A stretch of DNA of 64,000 bases from an uncultured delta proteobacterium (GTDB taxonomy: Bacteria; Desulfobacterota; Binatia; UBA9968), in contig CAWDPO010000036.1 of assembly GCA_963804165.1 (NCBI GenBank), positions 1-64,000 on the forward strand, given 5' to 3'. How positions within the stretch are numbered: the stretch's first letter is position 1; every line of letters begins with the position of its first letter. This document shows positions 10,292-20,332 of this stretch, one piece after another. The notes under the pieces were generated by a model. That model had not been told where the DNA came from, did no database searches, and saw only the letters and a list, made by a program, of their open reading frames with translations. The position numbers and the translations under genes are program-made.

Positions 10292-11716
10292 ATGTCTAAA
10301 GGTCGTATTCTGGTTGTCGACGATAATCCGAATCTCTTGGAGCTGATTCGAATGCGGCTCGAGTCTGCGGATTTTGATGTGACCGCGATGGCGGACGAGG
10401 AGCAGGCGACGCAGACGCTCAAAACACAAGTTTTTGATCTCTGTATCGTTGATCTCATGCTCGCCAACGGCGACGGTCTGACATTAATGGACGAGTTTCG
10501 CGGCATCCATCCCGATGTGCCGACGATCATCCTGACCGCTCACGGCAGCATTGAGAACGCCGTGGAGGCGATGCGGCGCGGCGCTTACAGTTATGTGACA
10601 AAGCCCTTCGAACCGGCGGATCTGTTGCTGCAGATCGAGCGAGCGTTGGAGAACCGCAAATTAAACTCCGAAATTAAGAGGCTGAAGGACATCCTCAACG
10701 AGCGTTACGATTTTGCCAACATCATCGCGCGCAGCAGCAAGATGCGCGCCATCCTGGACGTGGTGACGCGCATCGCCAAACTTGACTCCACCGTGCACAT
10801 TCACGGTGACAGCGGCACGGGTAAGGAACTGATCGCCAAGGCGATTCATATCTCCAGCGATCGAAAGGACAAGCCCTTCGTCGCCTTGAACTGTGCGGCG
10901 CTACCGGAAACATTATTGGAAAGCGAGTTGTTCGGCCATGAGAAGGGAGCGTTTACCGGCGCCGTGAAAAGCACCCGGGGACTGTTTACGCAAGCGCACG
11001 GCGGCACGTTGTTTTTGGATGAGATCGGCGACATGCCGCGCTCCACGCAGTCGAAGTTATTGCGCGTCCTGCAAGAACGGCAGTTTTATGCCGTGGGCAG
11101 CGAGGTCCCGATTGAGGTGGACGTCCGAGTGATCGTCGCAACCAACAAGGATTTGGAAGATCAGGTTCGAAAGGGGCTGTTCCGCGACGATTTGTTTTAT
11201 CGGATTCACGTCATTCCCATCTTTTTGCCGCCGCTGCGCGAACGCAAAGACGATATCATGCCGCTGGTCGAGCACTTTCTAAGAAAGTACAACGAGCACA
11301 TGAAAAAAGACGTGAAAGGCCTGACTCCTGAGGCGCTGCGTAAACTCATGCTGCATGACTGGCCGGGCAACGTGCGGGAACTGGAAAACACAATTGAGTA
11401 CGCTGTGGCGATGACTCCGAACGAGACGGTTACCGAGGACTATATCCTACAAGGCAAGGGCATCGCGCCGGAACGCGGACAAATCTTCGTTCAGGATAAG
11501 GCCGACGAATCGAACTCCGGGCTGCGGCCGCTCAAAGACGCGCGCGACGCTTTCGAAAGAGACTATCTCATTCAAGTTTTGTCAATGACGGAGGGCAACG
11601 TCAGCCAAGCCGCGAAACTCGCTGGTAAGTACCGGGCCGACTTTTATGATTTGCTCAAAAAACATGACTTAAAGGTGCACGAGTTTAAGAAATCAAAACC
11701 AGGATGGCCGAACTGA
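10292..11716 (+). CDS. Sigma54-dependent response regulator (NtrC family, GlrR/QseF-like)
   Basis: Receiver domain, GDSGTGKE, GAFTGA, LFLDEIGD, WPGNVREL, and C-terminal HTH GNVSQAAKLAGKYRADFY resembling GlrR. Confidence 0.93.
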   Translation: MSKGRILVVDDNPNLLELIRMRLESADFDVTAMADEEQATQTLKTQVFDLCIVDLMLANGDGLTLMDEFRGIHPDVPTIILTAHGSIENAVEAMRRGAYSYVTKPFEPADLLLQIERALENRKLNSEIKRLKDILNERYDFANIIARSSKMRAILDVVTRIAKLDSTVHIHGDSGTGKELIAKAIHISSDRKDKPFVALNCAALPETLLESELFGHEKGAFTGAVKSTRGLFTQAHGGTLFLDEIGDMPRSTQSKLLRVLQERQFYAVGSEVPIEVDVRVIVATNKDLEDQVRKGLFRDDLFYRIHVIPIFLPPLRERKDDIMPLVEHFLRKYNEHMKKDVKGLTPEALRKLMLHDWPGNVRELENTIEYAVAMTPNETVTEDYILQGKGIAPERGQIFVQDKADESNSGLRPLKDARDAFERDYLIQVLSMTEGNVSQAAKLAGKYRADFYDLLKKHDLKVHEFKKSKPGWPN

Positions 11717-11864
11717 GGACCGCCGGCGGGGCCGAAACTTGGAAGCAACCGGATCCCAACAGTTTCCTCAATAGTCCATTTCCATTCTCCGACTCTCCCA
11801 CGAAGTAGCTTTTTTATCTCTCAATCCCGCGCCCTCAGTCGAAGCGAGCGCCAACGTATTTGCA

Positions 11865-11882
11865 TGCAGGTTAAACCCTGCA
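11865..11882. promoter_or_regulatory. Palindromic putative enhancer (bEBP) site TGCAGG-N6-CCTGCA
   Basis: 6-bp perfect inverted repeat about 70 bp upstream of a GG-N10-GC promoter. Confidence 0.5.
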
Positions 11883-11953
11883 GTTTTCTTGGGGGATATT
11901 TCTCAATCGTAAAAACAGCAGCAATATTAAGTTTTGACGTTTCCGCCGGTTGC

Positions 11954-11969
11954 TGGAACATCGTTTGCT
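11954..11969 (+). promoter_or_regulatory. Putative sigma54 -24/-12 promoter
   Basis: TGGAACATCGTTTGCT = GG-N10-GC, 32 nt before ATG 12002. Confidence 0.65.
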
Positions 11970-12001
11970 CTGAACGTATTAAAACTGGAGGAGGCCGGCG
12001 A

Positions 12002-12430
12002 ATGTCACATGATCACTCAGTGCTGATCGTTGACGATGATGAGGGACTGGCGCACATCATAGAGCTCATCCTGCGCCAAGAGGATTTCGGAGTCCGGACC
12101 GCATGCAACGGCACGCACGGATGTGCCGCTTATTTTCGCCATCCCACCGAGTGGGTGATTACCGACATTCAAATGCCTGAACTCGACGGTTTGCAAATGA
12201 TGCAGTGTATTCGCTCCTTCAGCCCAGATGTCAAAGCCATCTATATGAGCGGCGAACTGGATAGATACCACGCCCAACTGGAGCAGGAGGTATCGGAGTT
12301 TGGCGCCCGGGTTCTAGCCAAACCCTTCACGAGAAGCGAATTGATCGGACAAATAACCGCTGAACGATGCAAGGATACTCAAAGCGCATCGAGATCATCC
12401 GGCGCAAGACACGTGACGAAGGAGGATTAG
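12002..12430 (+). CDS. Single-domain response regulator receiver
   Basis: VLIVDDD, ITDIQMPELDG, MSG and LAKPF motifs; GGAGGAGG RBS. Confidence 0.88.
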   Translation: MSHDHSVLIVDDDEGLAHIIELILRQEDFGVRTACNGTHGCAAYFRHPTEWVITDIQMPELDGLQMMQCIRSFSPDVKAIYMSGELDRYHAQLEQEVSEFGARVLAKPFTRSELIGQITAERCKDTQSASRSSGARHVTKED

Positions 12431-12432
12431 CG

Positions 12433-12774
12433 ATGCGACGAAAGATCATTGTCAGTACAGGGTTGCTGGCCATGATATTCATGATCGTTGGTTGCTCTGC
12501 GCCGATTTCGACCCGCGAGCAAGGTGGACTGATCGGCGCCGGCTTGGGAGCCGGTACCGGCGCGATTATTGGCAGCACCGTAGGGCACGCTGCGGTAGGG
12601 GCCCTGATCGGTGGACCGGTGGGACTGATCGCGGGTGCTTTGATGGGTGATCATCTCATGGGGCTCGACCGGACCCGGCAACATCAATCGGTTCAGAGCG
12701 ACCAGAACCAGCAAGAAATAGAGAGATTACGCCGTGAAAACAAACGTTTGCAAGATCAGCGGACTGAATGGTGA
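12433..12774 (+). CDS. Glycine-zipper lipoprotein
   Basis: Lipobox IVGC, GGLIGAGLGAGTGAIIG zipper and coiled-coil tail. Confidence 0.85.
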   Translation: MRRKIIVSTGLLAMIFMIVGCSAPISTREQGGLIGAGLGAGTGAIIGSTVGHAAVGALIGGPVGLIAGALMGDHLMGLDRTRQHQSVQSDQNQQEIERLRRENKRLQDQRTEW

Positions 12775-13014
12775 GGGGTTCCCCTGGTTGGCCGCTTCGC
12801 GATAAAACAAAGTGCGACAATTATCCTGCATGTCTGTATGGAATTTACTTCAGTGAGACATTGAGAATTCTGACATAATTAGGATAAAGCTTTAAGATTT
12901 AATTAGATACCATTGTCAGTGAACATGGTATGAATTTTGGTTAATGGCAAAGCCGTGCAATTTCATCCATTCCGCAGCGAAAAGGGACACGTTGGTCAGT
13001 ACATCACGGGTGTG

Positions 13015-13326
13015 ATGCGGAGTATGTCGACCACAACGTTGACAAAATCGGATTGGCCGCTACCTCTCGATGTTCTCGATGCTGCCGTATTGGCGACGCA
13101 GAGTGAGATCACGCAGCTGATTGTGCAGCACAGTGCGGACCGCCGCGAACTGGTCGTTACTGGGAATGGAGTCGAATCGCGTAGCGGAGAATTAAATTCG
13201 CTCATAGAGTCCATGTCGCGGGTGGAGGACGCGCGGGATGAGGAAGACGAGGCGATGACGGAGGTGCGGGAATATCTAAGAATTGCCGTATTGGAGAATC
13301 GGTTGAGCACAGAGGAATTAACGTGA
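13015..13326 (+). CDS. Hypothetical protein
   Basis: ORF upstream of the OmpA-like gene; start uncertain. Confidence 0.45.
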   Translation: MRSMSTTTLTKSDWPLPLDVLDAAVLATQSEITQLIVQHSADRRELVVTGNGVESRSGELNSLIESMSRVEDARDEEDEAMTEVREYLRIAVLENRLSTEELT

Positions 13327-13355
13327 GGCTATTAACATTTCACAAGGAGGAATTT

Positions 13356-14132
13356 ATGAATGGGTTTGCCTCTATTGGGGCCAAGTATTTTATCGGAGCC
13401 GGAGTCGTCGGATCGCTTTTGCTGACGCAAGGCTGCATCGCGACGCGTGATTGGGTTAAGGAGCAGATGGACCCGTTGGATGGCCGGGTATCTCAAACGG
13501 AAAGCCGGATTTCAAAAACGGAAGGGGACATCTCGAGCCTGGGCGGTCGCATGAGCGGTGTCGAGGGTAAACTGGGCCAGTTCGAGGGACGATTGGGGCA
13601 GGTCGATGGCAAGGCTGAAAAAGCGCTTAGTGCCATCGCCAACCTTCGCCTCGAGCGCAAGGTTGTCATCGACATGAAAGACGGCGCAAACTTCGCGTTC
13701 AATTCGGCGAGTCTGCCGGCTTCAGCTCAACGCGAAATCGATAGCTTTCTCAGCGATCTCAAGGGCGACGTTACAGGGAGCGATGGCGCGATTTTCGTGA
13801 TCGCAGGGCACACCGACAATGTCGGCAAAGACGATTACAACTACGAGCTGGGCAAGAAAAGAGCGGATGCGGTCAGCCGCTATTTGATTACGCAGAAAAA
13901 ACTCGATCCCATGCGGGTGATGCCGGTTTCGTACGGAGAGAGCGCTCCGGCGAACGACAACACGTCGCCGCAAGATCGCGCGAAGAATCGCCGCGTTGAG
14001 ATTCTGGTATATCGCGACGGAATCACTTCTGAGCCGGCGGTGGCGACGGCGCCGCCCGCAACACAGCCGACGGAGCGTCCCGCGCAGCAGTCTCAGGAAC
14101 AGACACCCAATAATCGGTTGTCTCAACGTTAG
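13356..14132 (+). CDS. OmpA-family peptidoglycan-binding lipoprotein with N-terminal coiled coil
   Basis: Lipobox TQGC; GHTD, NYELGKKRA, SYGE and NRRVEI motifs; AAGGAGG RBS. Confidence 0.9.
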   Translation: MNGFASIGAKYFIGAGVVGSLLLTQGCIATRDWVKEQMDPLDGRVSQTESRISKTEGDISSLGGRMSGVEGKLGQFEGRLGQVDGKAEKALSAIANLRLERKVVIDMKDGANFAFNSASLPASAQREIDSFLSDLKGDVTGSDGAIFVIAGHTDNVGKDDYNYELGKKRADAVSRYLITQKKLDPMRVMPVSYGESAPANDNTSPQDRAKNRRVEILVYRDGITSEPAVATAPPATQPTERPAQQSQEQTPNNRLSQR

Positions 14133-14163
14133 ACAATCGTTACGGACCGAGGAGGTCAGGGTC

Positions 14164-14196
14164 AAAAAAGGCGGAGCATCATGCTCCGCCTTTTTT
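14164..14196. terminator. Bidirectional intrinsic terminator
   Basis: AAAAAAGGCGGAGCAT-C-ATGCTCCGCCTTTTTT between convergent genes. Confidence 0.85.
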
Positions 14197-15130
14197 ATTG
14201 ATACAGTTGATCTATGTAGCCGCTATCGTCCAACTGACGGACAAAGTGGGTATCCCACAGTCCCAACGGATTATAGCTTGAGATCTCAGGGTTGCGCCGC
14301 AGGGCCAATTGAAAGACGTTAGAGATCGCGTTCAGCGACGGGTAAGGTTTGGTTTCCAACGATTGAGCCCATTCTTCGTAAAGAGTCTCCACCTCTGCGT
14401 CGGACTGGAGCTTGAGGATGGGCGTCGCATGTTCCTTCAGAATTTCCAGGGTCTCGCGCTTGCACGTGCGAAAGAAGTGAATCGCGTCGACAAAACCTTT
14501 GGTGAGTCGGCGAATCTCGTCTTGGTGATTCTTGACGAAAGTCATGGTTGTCGTCAGAGTTACGCCGCGGATCATCGGGATCGCTCGTACCGTGATGACA
14601 TGAGCGCCGGCTTTGGCGGCACGAGCATCATGGGGGATGGTCACGAACGTTCCAGCGAACTCGCCGTCGACCACTCGCTGCCAGCGCTCTTCCGACGAAC
14701 CACGGAATTCGATCAGCTCGATATCGCCGCGGTCTACATCTAAACCCTCTTGCTTTAAGAAAAGCCAAATGTTAAGGCCGGCGTGGGACGTCAACTTGTC
14801 GGCGGCAATTTTCTTGCCGCGCAAATCCTGCACCGAGCGAATCCCCGGAGTCACCACGAGCTTATTTTCAGTCCAGTTGTTGGTCGCTTGAGCGAGATGA
14901 ACAAAATCTTCGCCATGGTTGGCGTTTCTGACGTAAAGGTTATGATGGTTGCCGGAGATCAGATCGACGTGGCCGTTCTTCAAAGACTCAACCGCTTTTT
15001 CACGAACTAACTGCGGCGATGTATCGACATCGAGCCCGTTCTTCTGCCATGAGCCCGACTTGTCGGCGACTAACCAAAGTGGCGCGTGGGAATTTGATCG
15101 GTAAATAATTCTTAGTCTACGATTTGCCAT
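14195..15130 (-). CDS. NMT1/THI5/TauA-like substrate-binding protein (no signal peptide seen)
   Basis: DLRGKKIA motif and C-terminal DTHFVRQLDDSGYIDQLY shared with paralogues in this window. Confidence 0.8.
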   Translation of the reverse strand: MANRRLRIIYRSNSHAPLWLVADKSGSWQKNGLDVDTSPQLVREKAVESLKNGHVDLISGNHHNLYVRNANHGEDFVHLAQATNNWTENKLVVTPGIRSVQDLRGKKIAADKLTSHAGLNIWLFLKQEGLDVDRGDIELIEFRGSSEERWQRVVDGEFAGTFVTIPHDARAAKAGAHVITVRAIPMIRGVTLTTTMTFVKNHQDEIRRLTKGFVDAIHFFRTCKRETLEILKEHATPILKLQSDAEVETLYEEWAQSLETKPYPSLNAISNVFQLALRRNPEISSYNPLGLWDTHFVRQLDDSGYIDQLYQ

Positions 15131-15209
15131 GAGCCTTTCCTTTCGTTATTGCTATGGGAGGCTGGAAGCTTGATAGCATTATCAGGTTGTGCTTCGCCAG
15201 CGGAGGAAA

Positions 15210-15683
15210 CTAAGAACGTAAGTGCAAGCCTAACCAGAGCGTAATAGCGGCGAAAAACAGTATGCCCCAATTGGCGCTTGTCAGACGGCGAATAATCGAA
15301 GCGAGCTGCTCAGCCGTCACGATGTCGCCGCCTTCGTGACGCCTGACGAAGCGATGTCCGATTCCCAAAGCTTGGTAGACGCTGAAGATGACCAGCAAGA
15401 AAGCAAAACTGAGCTTGACAAACAGAATGTAGCCGAGCTCTTTGATGAACGTCTCGCGATAAACGGCTTTGAGCTCGGTTAGCTGAAAAGCGCCGCTAAA
15501 AAGAATGATGCCGAGGGCGCCTACTTGCAGTGGGTTGTAGAATTTGAGCCCGCGAGCAAGGAATTGAACTCTGTCCTCGTGTTTATCGAGAACAGCGACG
15601 GATGGAAGAAGCATCAGCCAAAATCCAACCACCGCCCCGAGGTAAACGATCAGTGCTATGAGGTGGAGCCAAGCGTAGAGCAT
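15210..15683 (-). CDS. CopD/DUF4149-like 4-TM membrane protein
   Basis: WLHLIA...LGAV, four hydrophobic helices, LFVKL motif. Confidence 0.6.
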   Translation of the reverse strand: MLYAWLHLIALIVYLGAVVGFWLMLLPSVAVLDKHEDRVQFLARGLKFYNPLQVGALGIILFSGAFQLTELKAVYRETFIKELGYILFVKLSFAFLLVIFSVYQALGIGHRFVRRHEGGDIVTAEQLASIIRRLTSANWGILFFAAITLWLGLHLRS

Positions 15684-15693
15684 TGGGGTAAGC

Positions 15694-16515
15694 TCAACCC
15701 CAGGCGAAGCGCGATCCCTTCTTAAACGGTTTACCCGCGGCGTCGTAATTGTCGCCGATGGCTTCGAGTTGCTGACGAATCTTTTCCAGTTCTTGCTGCT
15801 GATGCGTTTCAAATGCCGCGGCTTCTTTAGCCCGTCGCTCGAGGAATTCGACCCGCTCGCGTTCGCGCTGCTCAGCGAACTCCCTTTGTTCTTTCTCCCA
15901 TCTCTCGTAGGAGCCTTTGAGCAGGGTTCGAATATGATAATTCAAGTTGTCGCGCACGACCATCGACTTGTTGCAATTGTCACAAAAAATGACATTGCCG
16001 ATCACGAAGTTCTTGACGTTCTCTACCTGCACGGCGTTGCACTTGAAGCAGCGCAGTGGAATGTTCCAGGAGTCGATCTCGGGAAGCTGAATATAGTTAA
16101 CGTCGGCCTCAGCGAATGAAGCCGTTGGTGCTTGGGCGAGCGGTGCGCTCGGCGCGGCGGCCGCATGCGCTGGCGTGGCGCCGGACGCCGCAGTGGGAGC
16201 CTTGGCGGCCGGCGCGGGCTTTCCCTCACCTTTGCGAAATCTCGATTCGAAATTTTCCGGAAAGCTGACTTCCGGGTGGAGTTGGCGGGCGCGGGCCATC
16301 AGCGCCTCTTCGGTTTCGATATTGTTCGGATCCGTGACGCAAACATCCACCGGACAAACCGCGGCACAGGCTTCGTAGTCGTGGAAGCCGACGCATTCCG
16401 TGCACAATTTTGGATCGATGACGTAGACGGGATCGCCCTGCGAGATCGCGTTGTTCGGGCATTCCGGCTCGCACGCGCCGCAATTGATGCAATCGTTCGT
16501 GATCATCGTGGCCAT
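15694..16515 (-). CDS. YfhL-type 2x[4Fe-4S] ferredoxin with C-terminal Zn-ribbon and coiled-coil extension
   Basis: CINCGACEPECP and CTECVGFHDYEACAAVCP, then an Ala/Pro linker, CFKC...CDNC and a charged helix. Confidence 0.8.
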   Translation of the reverse strand: MATMITNDCINCGACEPECPNNAISQGDPVYVIDPKLCTECVGFHDYEACAAVCPVDVCVTDPNNIETEEALMARARQLHPEVSFPENFESRFRKGEGKPAPAAKAPTAASGATPAHAAAAPSAPLAQAPTASFAEADVNYIQLPEIDSWNIPLRCFKCNAVQVENVKNFVIGNVIFCDNCNKSMVVRDNLNYHIRTLLKGSYERWEKEQREFAEQRERERVEFLERRAKEAAAFETHQQQELEKIRQQLEAIGDNYDAAGKPFKKGSRFAWG

Positions 16516-16672
16516 TAATCCGATCCTCCCAAAGCAAAAAGGAAATTGAACCCCGGCGTGAAAACAGGTTTATGGTAAATGAAATCCGCCAGTGTTGCAA
16601 ATCTGCAGTGTGCCGGTTCTGATTTCGTCGAGCGGCATCGTTGGTATTGCCGGCAAACAGCGCTAGGCTGGC

Positions 16673-17638
16673 ATGATGATCGGTACCTCCGGTGAGTTTG
16701 CGGATCGATTCTTGATCGGCACTTGCGGTTACTCTTATCCCGGCGACCCGCCGAATGGATGGAGTGGAGTGTTCTATCCGAAGAGCCGGGCGAAGCGCAT
16801 AGACGAACTGGAATTCTACGCGTCTTATTTCAATGCAGTTGAGATCAATTCCACTTTCTATCGCCCGCCAAGCGCTGAAATGGCGAAAGGGTGGGCGGAG
16901 CGAACGCCGCCGGGATTCGTTTTTGCCGTAAAAGTCTGGCAGAAATTCACCCACCCCGCCAAGCTAGGCGGTGAAGCGATGACGTCCAAGGAGCCGTGGG
17001 AGCGCTTTGATTCGCAGGACATCGAGCGCTTCAGCGCGGGGATTCAGCCGTTGGCTGAGGCTGGCAGACTCGGTCCATTGCTTTTTCAATACCCGGCAAG
17101 CTTCGTTTGCGACGCCATGAACCTCGAGCGGCTGGCATCGGTTCTTTCGGCATTCGAGAAGTACCCTAAAGTGGTCGAGTTGCGCCATCGCAGCTGGAGC
17201 GACGACCCCGACCGATTTCATGACGTTCTCGCCCGTTACGGCGCAGCATGGGTATTTATCGATGAGCCCAAATTCTCCACGTCCGTAAGGCAGGAGATTG
17301 CCGCGGATGGCGCTCTTTCTTACATCCGTTTACACGGGCGCAATCATCAAAAGTGGTGGAAGCACCAAGATGCCTGGGAGAGATACGATTACTTTTATGC
17401 CGGTGAAAATATTCGTCGTCTCGCTGCTCGCTTGAAACAGCTCGCCGGTAAGTCTCCAGTCTCTAAGTTCTACGTTTTTTTTAACAATCACGCCCGGGGG
17501 CAGGCGGTGGCCAACGCATTGATGCTTAAAGGAGAACTTGACCCCGAGCACAGCGCCTCCGCTCCCCGCGCCCTCTGGGACGCATTTTCCGAGGTCCGAG
17601 CCTTTGTTGCGGGAGAAGATACCGATCAACGCGCGTGA
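16673..17638 (+). CDS. DUF72 family protein
   Basis: IGTCGYSY, VEINSTFY, LFQYP, VELRH, YIRLHGR and FFNNH motifs. Confidence 0.9.
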   Translation: MMIGTSGEFADRFLIGTCGYSYPGDPPNGWSGVFYPKSRAKRIDELEFYASYFNAVEINSTFYRPPSAEMAKGWAERTPPGFVFAVKVWQKFTHPAKLGGEAMTSKEPWERFDSQDIERFSAGIQPLAEAGRLGPLLFQYPASFVCDAMNLERLASVLSAFEKYPKVVELRHRSWSDDPDRFHDVLARYGAAWVFIDEPKFSTSVRQEIAADGALSYIRLHGRNHQKWWKHQDAWERYDYFYAGENIRRLAARLKQLAGKSPVSKFYVFFNNHARGQAVANALMLKGELDPEHSASAPRALWDAFSEVRAFVAGEDTDQRA

Positions 17639-17661
17639 ATTGGCGGGTCGTTGCAGGAGAA

Positions 17662-18063
17662 TTACACACCCGGCGTATGCCGGGTGACGTCCACTAATTC
17701 GATCTTATAGCCGTTTGGGTCCTCGATGAATGCGATGTGAGTGTTGCCATGGGCCATGGGGCCCGGTTCGCGCACGATTTTCGCGCCCTGGGCGCGGAGC
17801 TCGTCGCAGGTCTTGTAGATATCGTCCACACCCAAAGCTAGATGCCCGAAAGCGCTGCCCAAATCGTAATGGTGAGTGTCCCAATTGTACGTCAGTTCCA
17901 CGACCGTGTTGTCGGCTTCGTCGCCGTAACCGACAAAGGCCAGGGTGAATTTGCCGGACGGATATTCGCGTTTGCGCAGCAGCTTCATACCCAAGACGTC
18001 GCAATAAAACTTGATCGATTCGTCAAGATTATTGACTCGAATCATCGTGTGGAGAAACTTCAT
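17662..18063 (-). CDS. gloA: Lactoylglutathione lyase (glyoxalase I)
   Basis: LHTMIRV, ELTYNW, FGHLA and FIEDPNGYKIEL motifs. Confidence 0.95.
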   Translation of the reverse strand: MKFLHTMIRVNNLDESIKFYCDVLGMKLLRKREYPSGKFTLAFVGYGDEADNTVVELTYNWDTHHYDLGSAFGHLALGVDDIYKTCDELRAQGAKIVREPGPMAHGNTHIAFIEDPNGYKIELVDVTRHTPGV

Positions 18064-18272
18064 CGCATCCTCCTTGCCGCGCTAGCTGATCTTAGTGCCG
18101 GGCTGGTTTTTACGAACGGGCTTAGGCTGGACTGGGTTGAACGGTCGTCAAACTCAAGATCCGAACTCGTCACGGTCTCAACTTAACAACTGCGACCGCG
18201 CGCGGCAACAAGAGCGTATCGTCGAAATTGTTCGCCACTTGGCGGGTGGGGTAAACTGGGTTATGATCAATC

Positions 18273-19301
18273 ATGCTTAATTCACGATCTTTAAGTCGGC
18301 AAAATTTCTTCATTACGTTGGGTCTCGCGTTGGTTATAACCGTAATCGCCTTCAAGCAAGCCGGCGCCGCGGAGAACGTGAGGAAATTGCGCTTGGCCTA
18401 TGCCGGCTGGGAAATCGGCACCGCCGTGGCCTACATCGGGGTCGACGCTGGGCTTTTCAAAAAACACGGACTCGAAATCGAAGAGCTGCCGATCCGCGAC
18501 ACCCTTACGGCCGGCGTGCAATCTCTTATCGGCGTGGATTTACTGATTGGTTTCGGCAATCCTTTGGCTGTGCTTCAACCGGTCGCCAATGGTTCCGACG
18601 TCACCGTGATCGGCTCCCATGTCAGTTTCGATCAGTACGGCATGGGCGTGGGATCGGCCATCGGCTCTGTAAAGGATTTGAAAGGGAAAAAGGTCGGCGT
18701 GTCGGCGCTTGGGCGCGCGGTCGGATCTGGTCGCCCGCGTCATGCTTCGGCGCGCCGGTTTGGATCCCTCAAAAGATGTCGAAATGGTGGCTGCCGGTTT
18801 GGCCCCCGCTCGAGCGCTGGCGTTGTCAAAGAATCTTGTCCAGGGCGTGCCCTTCAATGAAAACGTCGCTGCCGAAGCGAAGAAGCTGGGCATCAAGATG
18901 ATCGAAATGAAGTCCGTGCCGGTAGTGACGGATTTGTTCATGACGACGCGCGGGTTTATCAAGCGGGAAGAGATAACGATACGGCGATTCATGCAGGGCT
19001 ACGCCGCGGCAATCCAATATTTCGTTTCAAAAGGGATGCCAGCTTGTCGATCCTCAAGAAATATTTTCCCGGCAATCAGGGCGTCAGCGTGGATACCATG
19101 TACAACGCCTTTTCGGCGCAACTGCGACCGTTGCCGGAGCTGAATAGCGAAGCGATTCAGGCCCTCGTCGACGTCGGCGCGGCGGTCGACCCGCGCACGA
19201 AAAAGCTCAAACCCGCCGATATCATCGAGCCGCGCTTTTTCGATGAGCTCAAGAACAGTAAGTTTTTGAAAGACCTCTACACCGAAAAAGTAAGTCTCTA
19301 A
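18273..19301 (+). CDS. NMT1/TauA-like substrate-binding protein, split by 2 frameshifts
   Basis: Overlapping ORFs 18273-18860, 18709-19143 and 19044-19301 join into one SBP (signal peptide, DLKGKKVGVS). Confidence 0.8.
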
Positions 19302-19448
19302 GCCAGCGCCCTCCGAATCAATTACGCGTCCCACGTTGCGGCGCAAATCCGGCGATACGGTTTTGCGCCTGTCACACCGCTCAGCCGCAGCGGCTGGAAC
19401 TTTCCGGGCATCTGCTATGCACCGGAAAGAAATCAGAGCGGAGGATCA

Positions 19449-20195
19449 ATGAGACTCAAAGATCAAGTCGCCATCGTTACCGGCGCGGGCCGCAATATCG
19501 GCGAAGACATCAGCAAATTGTACGTTGAGGAAGGCGCAAAAGTCGCCGTCGTCGACTTGGATCCAGGACGGGGAAGCGGCGTCGCCGCGGAAATCAACCG
19601 AAAAAACCCAGGCAGAGCGATCTCGATTGTTTGTGACGTGGCGTCGCCGTCTTCGGTCGACAGCATGGTAGCGACCGTGGTCAAGCAATTCGGCGGCGTC
19701 GATATTTTGGTCAACAACGCCGCATGGACGGATCACAAAACGCTTTTCGATATCACCGAAGAAGAGTGGGACCGGGTGATGAACGTTTGTCTCCGCAGCG
19801 TTTGGTATTGCACTCGCGCGGCAGCCAAAGCGATGATCGAGCAAAAGCGCAAAGGCAAAATCATCAACATTGCTTCCACGTCCGGCCACTGGGGCCGCAA
19901 AGAGGCGACAGCGTATACAACGGCGAAGGCCGGCGTACTGAATCTAACCCGTTCCATTGCCGTCCAGCTGGCGCCTGAAGGCATTCGCGTCAATTCGATT
20001 TCGCCGAATCGCATCGGCTCGCCCGTCGGGCAGCAGGAAGTGCCGGAAAATCGCTTCGTCAAAAATCTCGCCGGACGGCGCGGCGTGCCGATGGATATCG
20101 CCAAAGCGGCGGTTTTTCTCGCCTGCGATGAATCGGATTTCATTTACGCCGTCGATCTGCCGGTGGACGGCGGCGCGCTGGCGATCCGCGATTAG
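19449..20195 (+). CDS. SDR family oxidoreductase
   Basis: TGAGRNIG, NNA, YTTAK and VDGG motifs. Confidence 0.93.
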   Translation: MRLKDQVAIVTGAGRNIGEDISKLYVEEGAKVAVVDLDPGRGSGVAAEINRKNPGRAISIVCDVASPSSVDSMVATVVKQFGGVDILVNNAAWTDHKTLFDITEEEWDRVMNVCLRSVWYCTRAAAKAMIEQKRKGKIINIASTSGHWGRKEATAYTTAKAGVLNLTRSIAVQLAPEGIRVNSISPNRIGSPVGQQEVPENRFVKNLAGRRGVPMDIAKAAVFLACDESDFIYAVDLPVDGGALAIRD

Positions 20196-20332
20196 TCGCT
20201 GATCCACGTTTCGCTTTTACGAAAAGGGCAGTGCGGAATTGACGTTCTTCGCTGCCTTTGCCATTTCTCGAAGCTGCGTTGACAGTTTCTCGTTTCTCCA
20301 GAAAGGCTCGCTGCGCTGAAAGGATCTCGACC

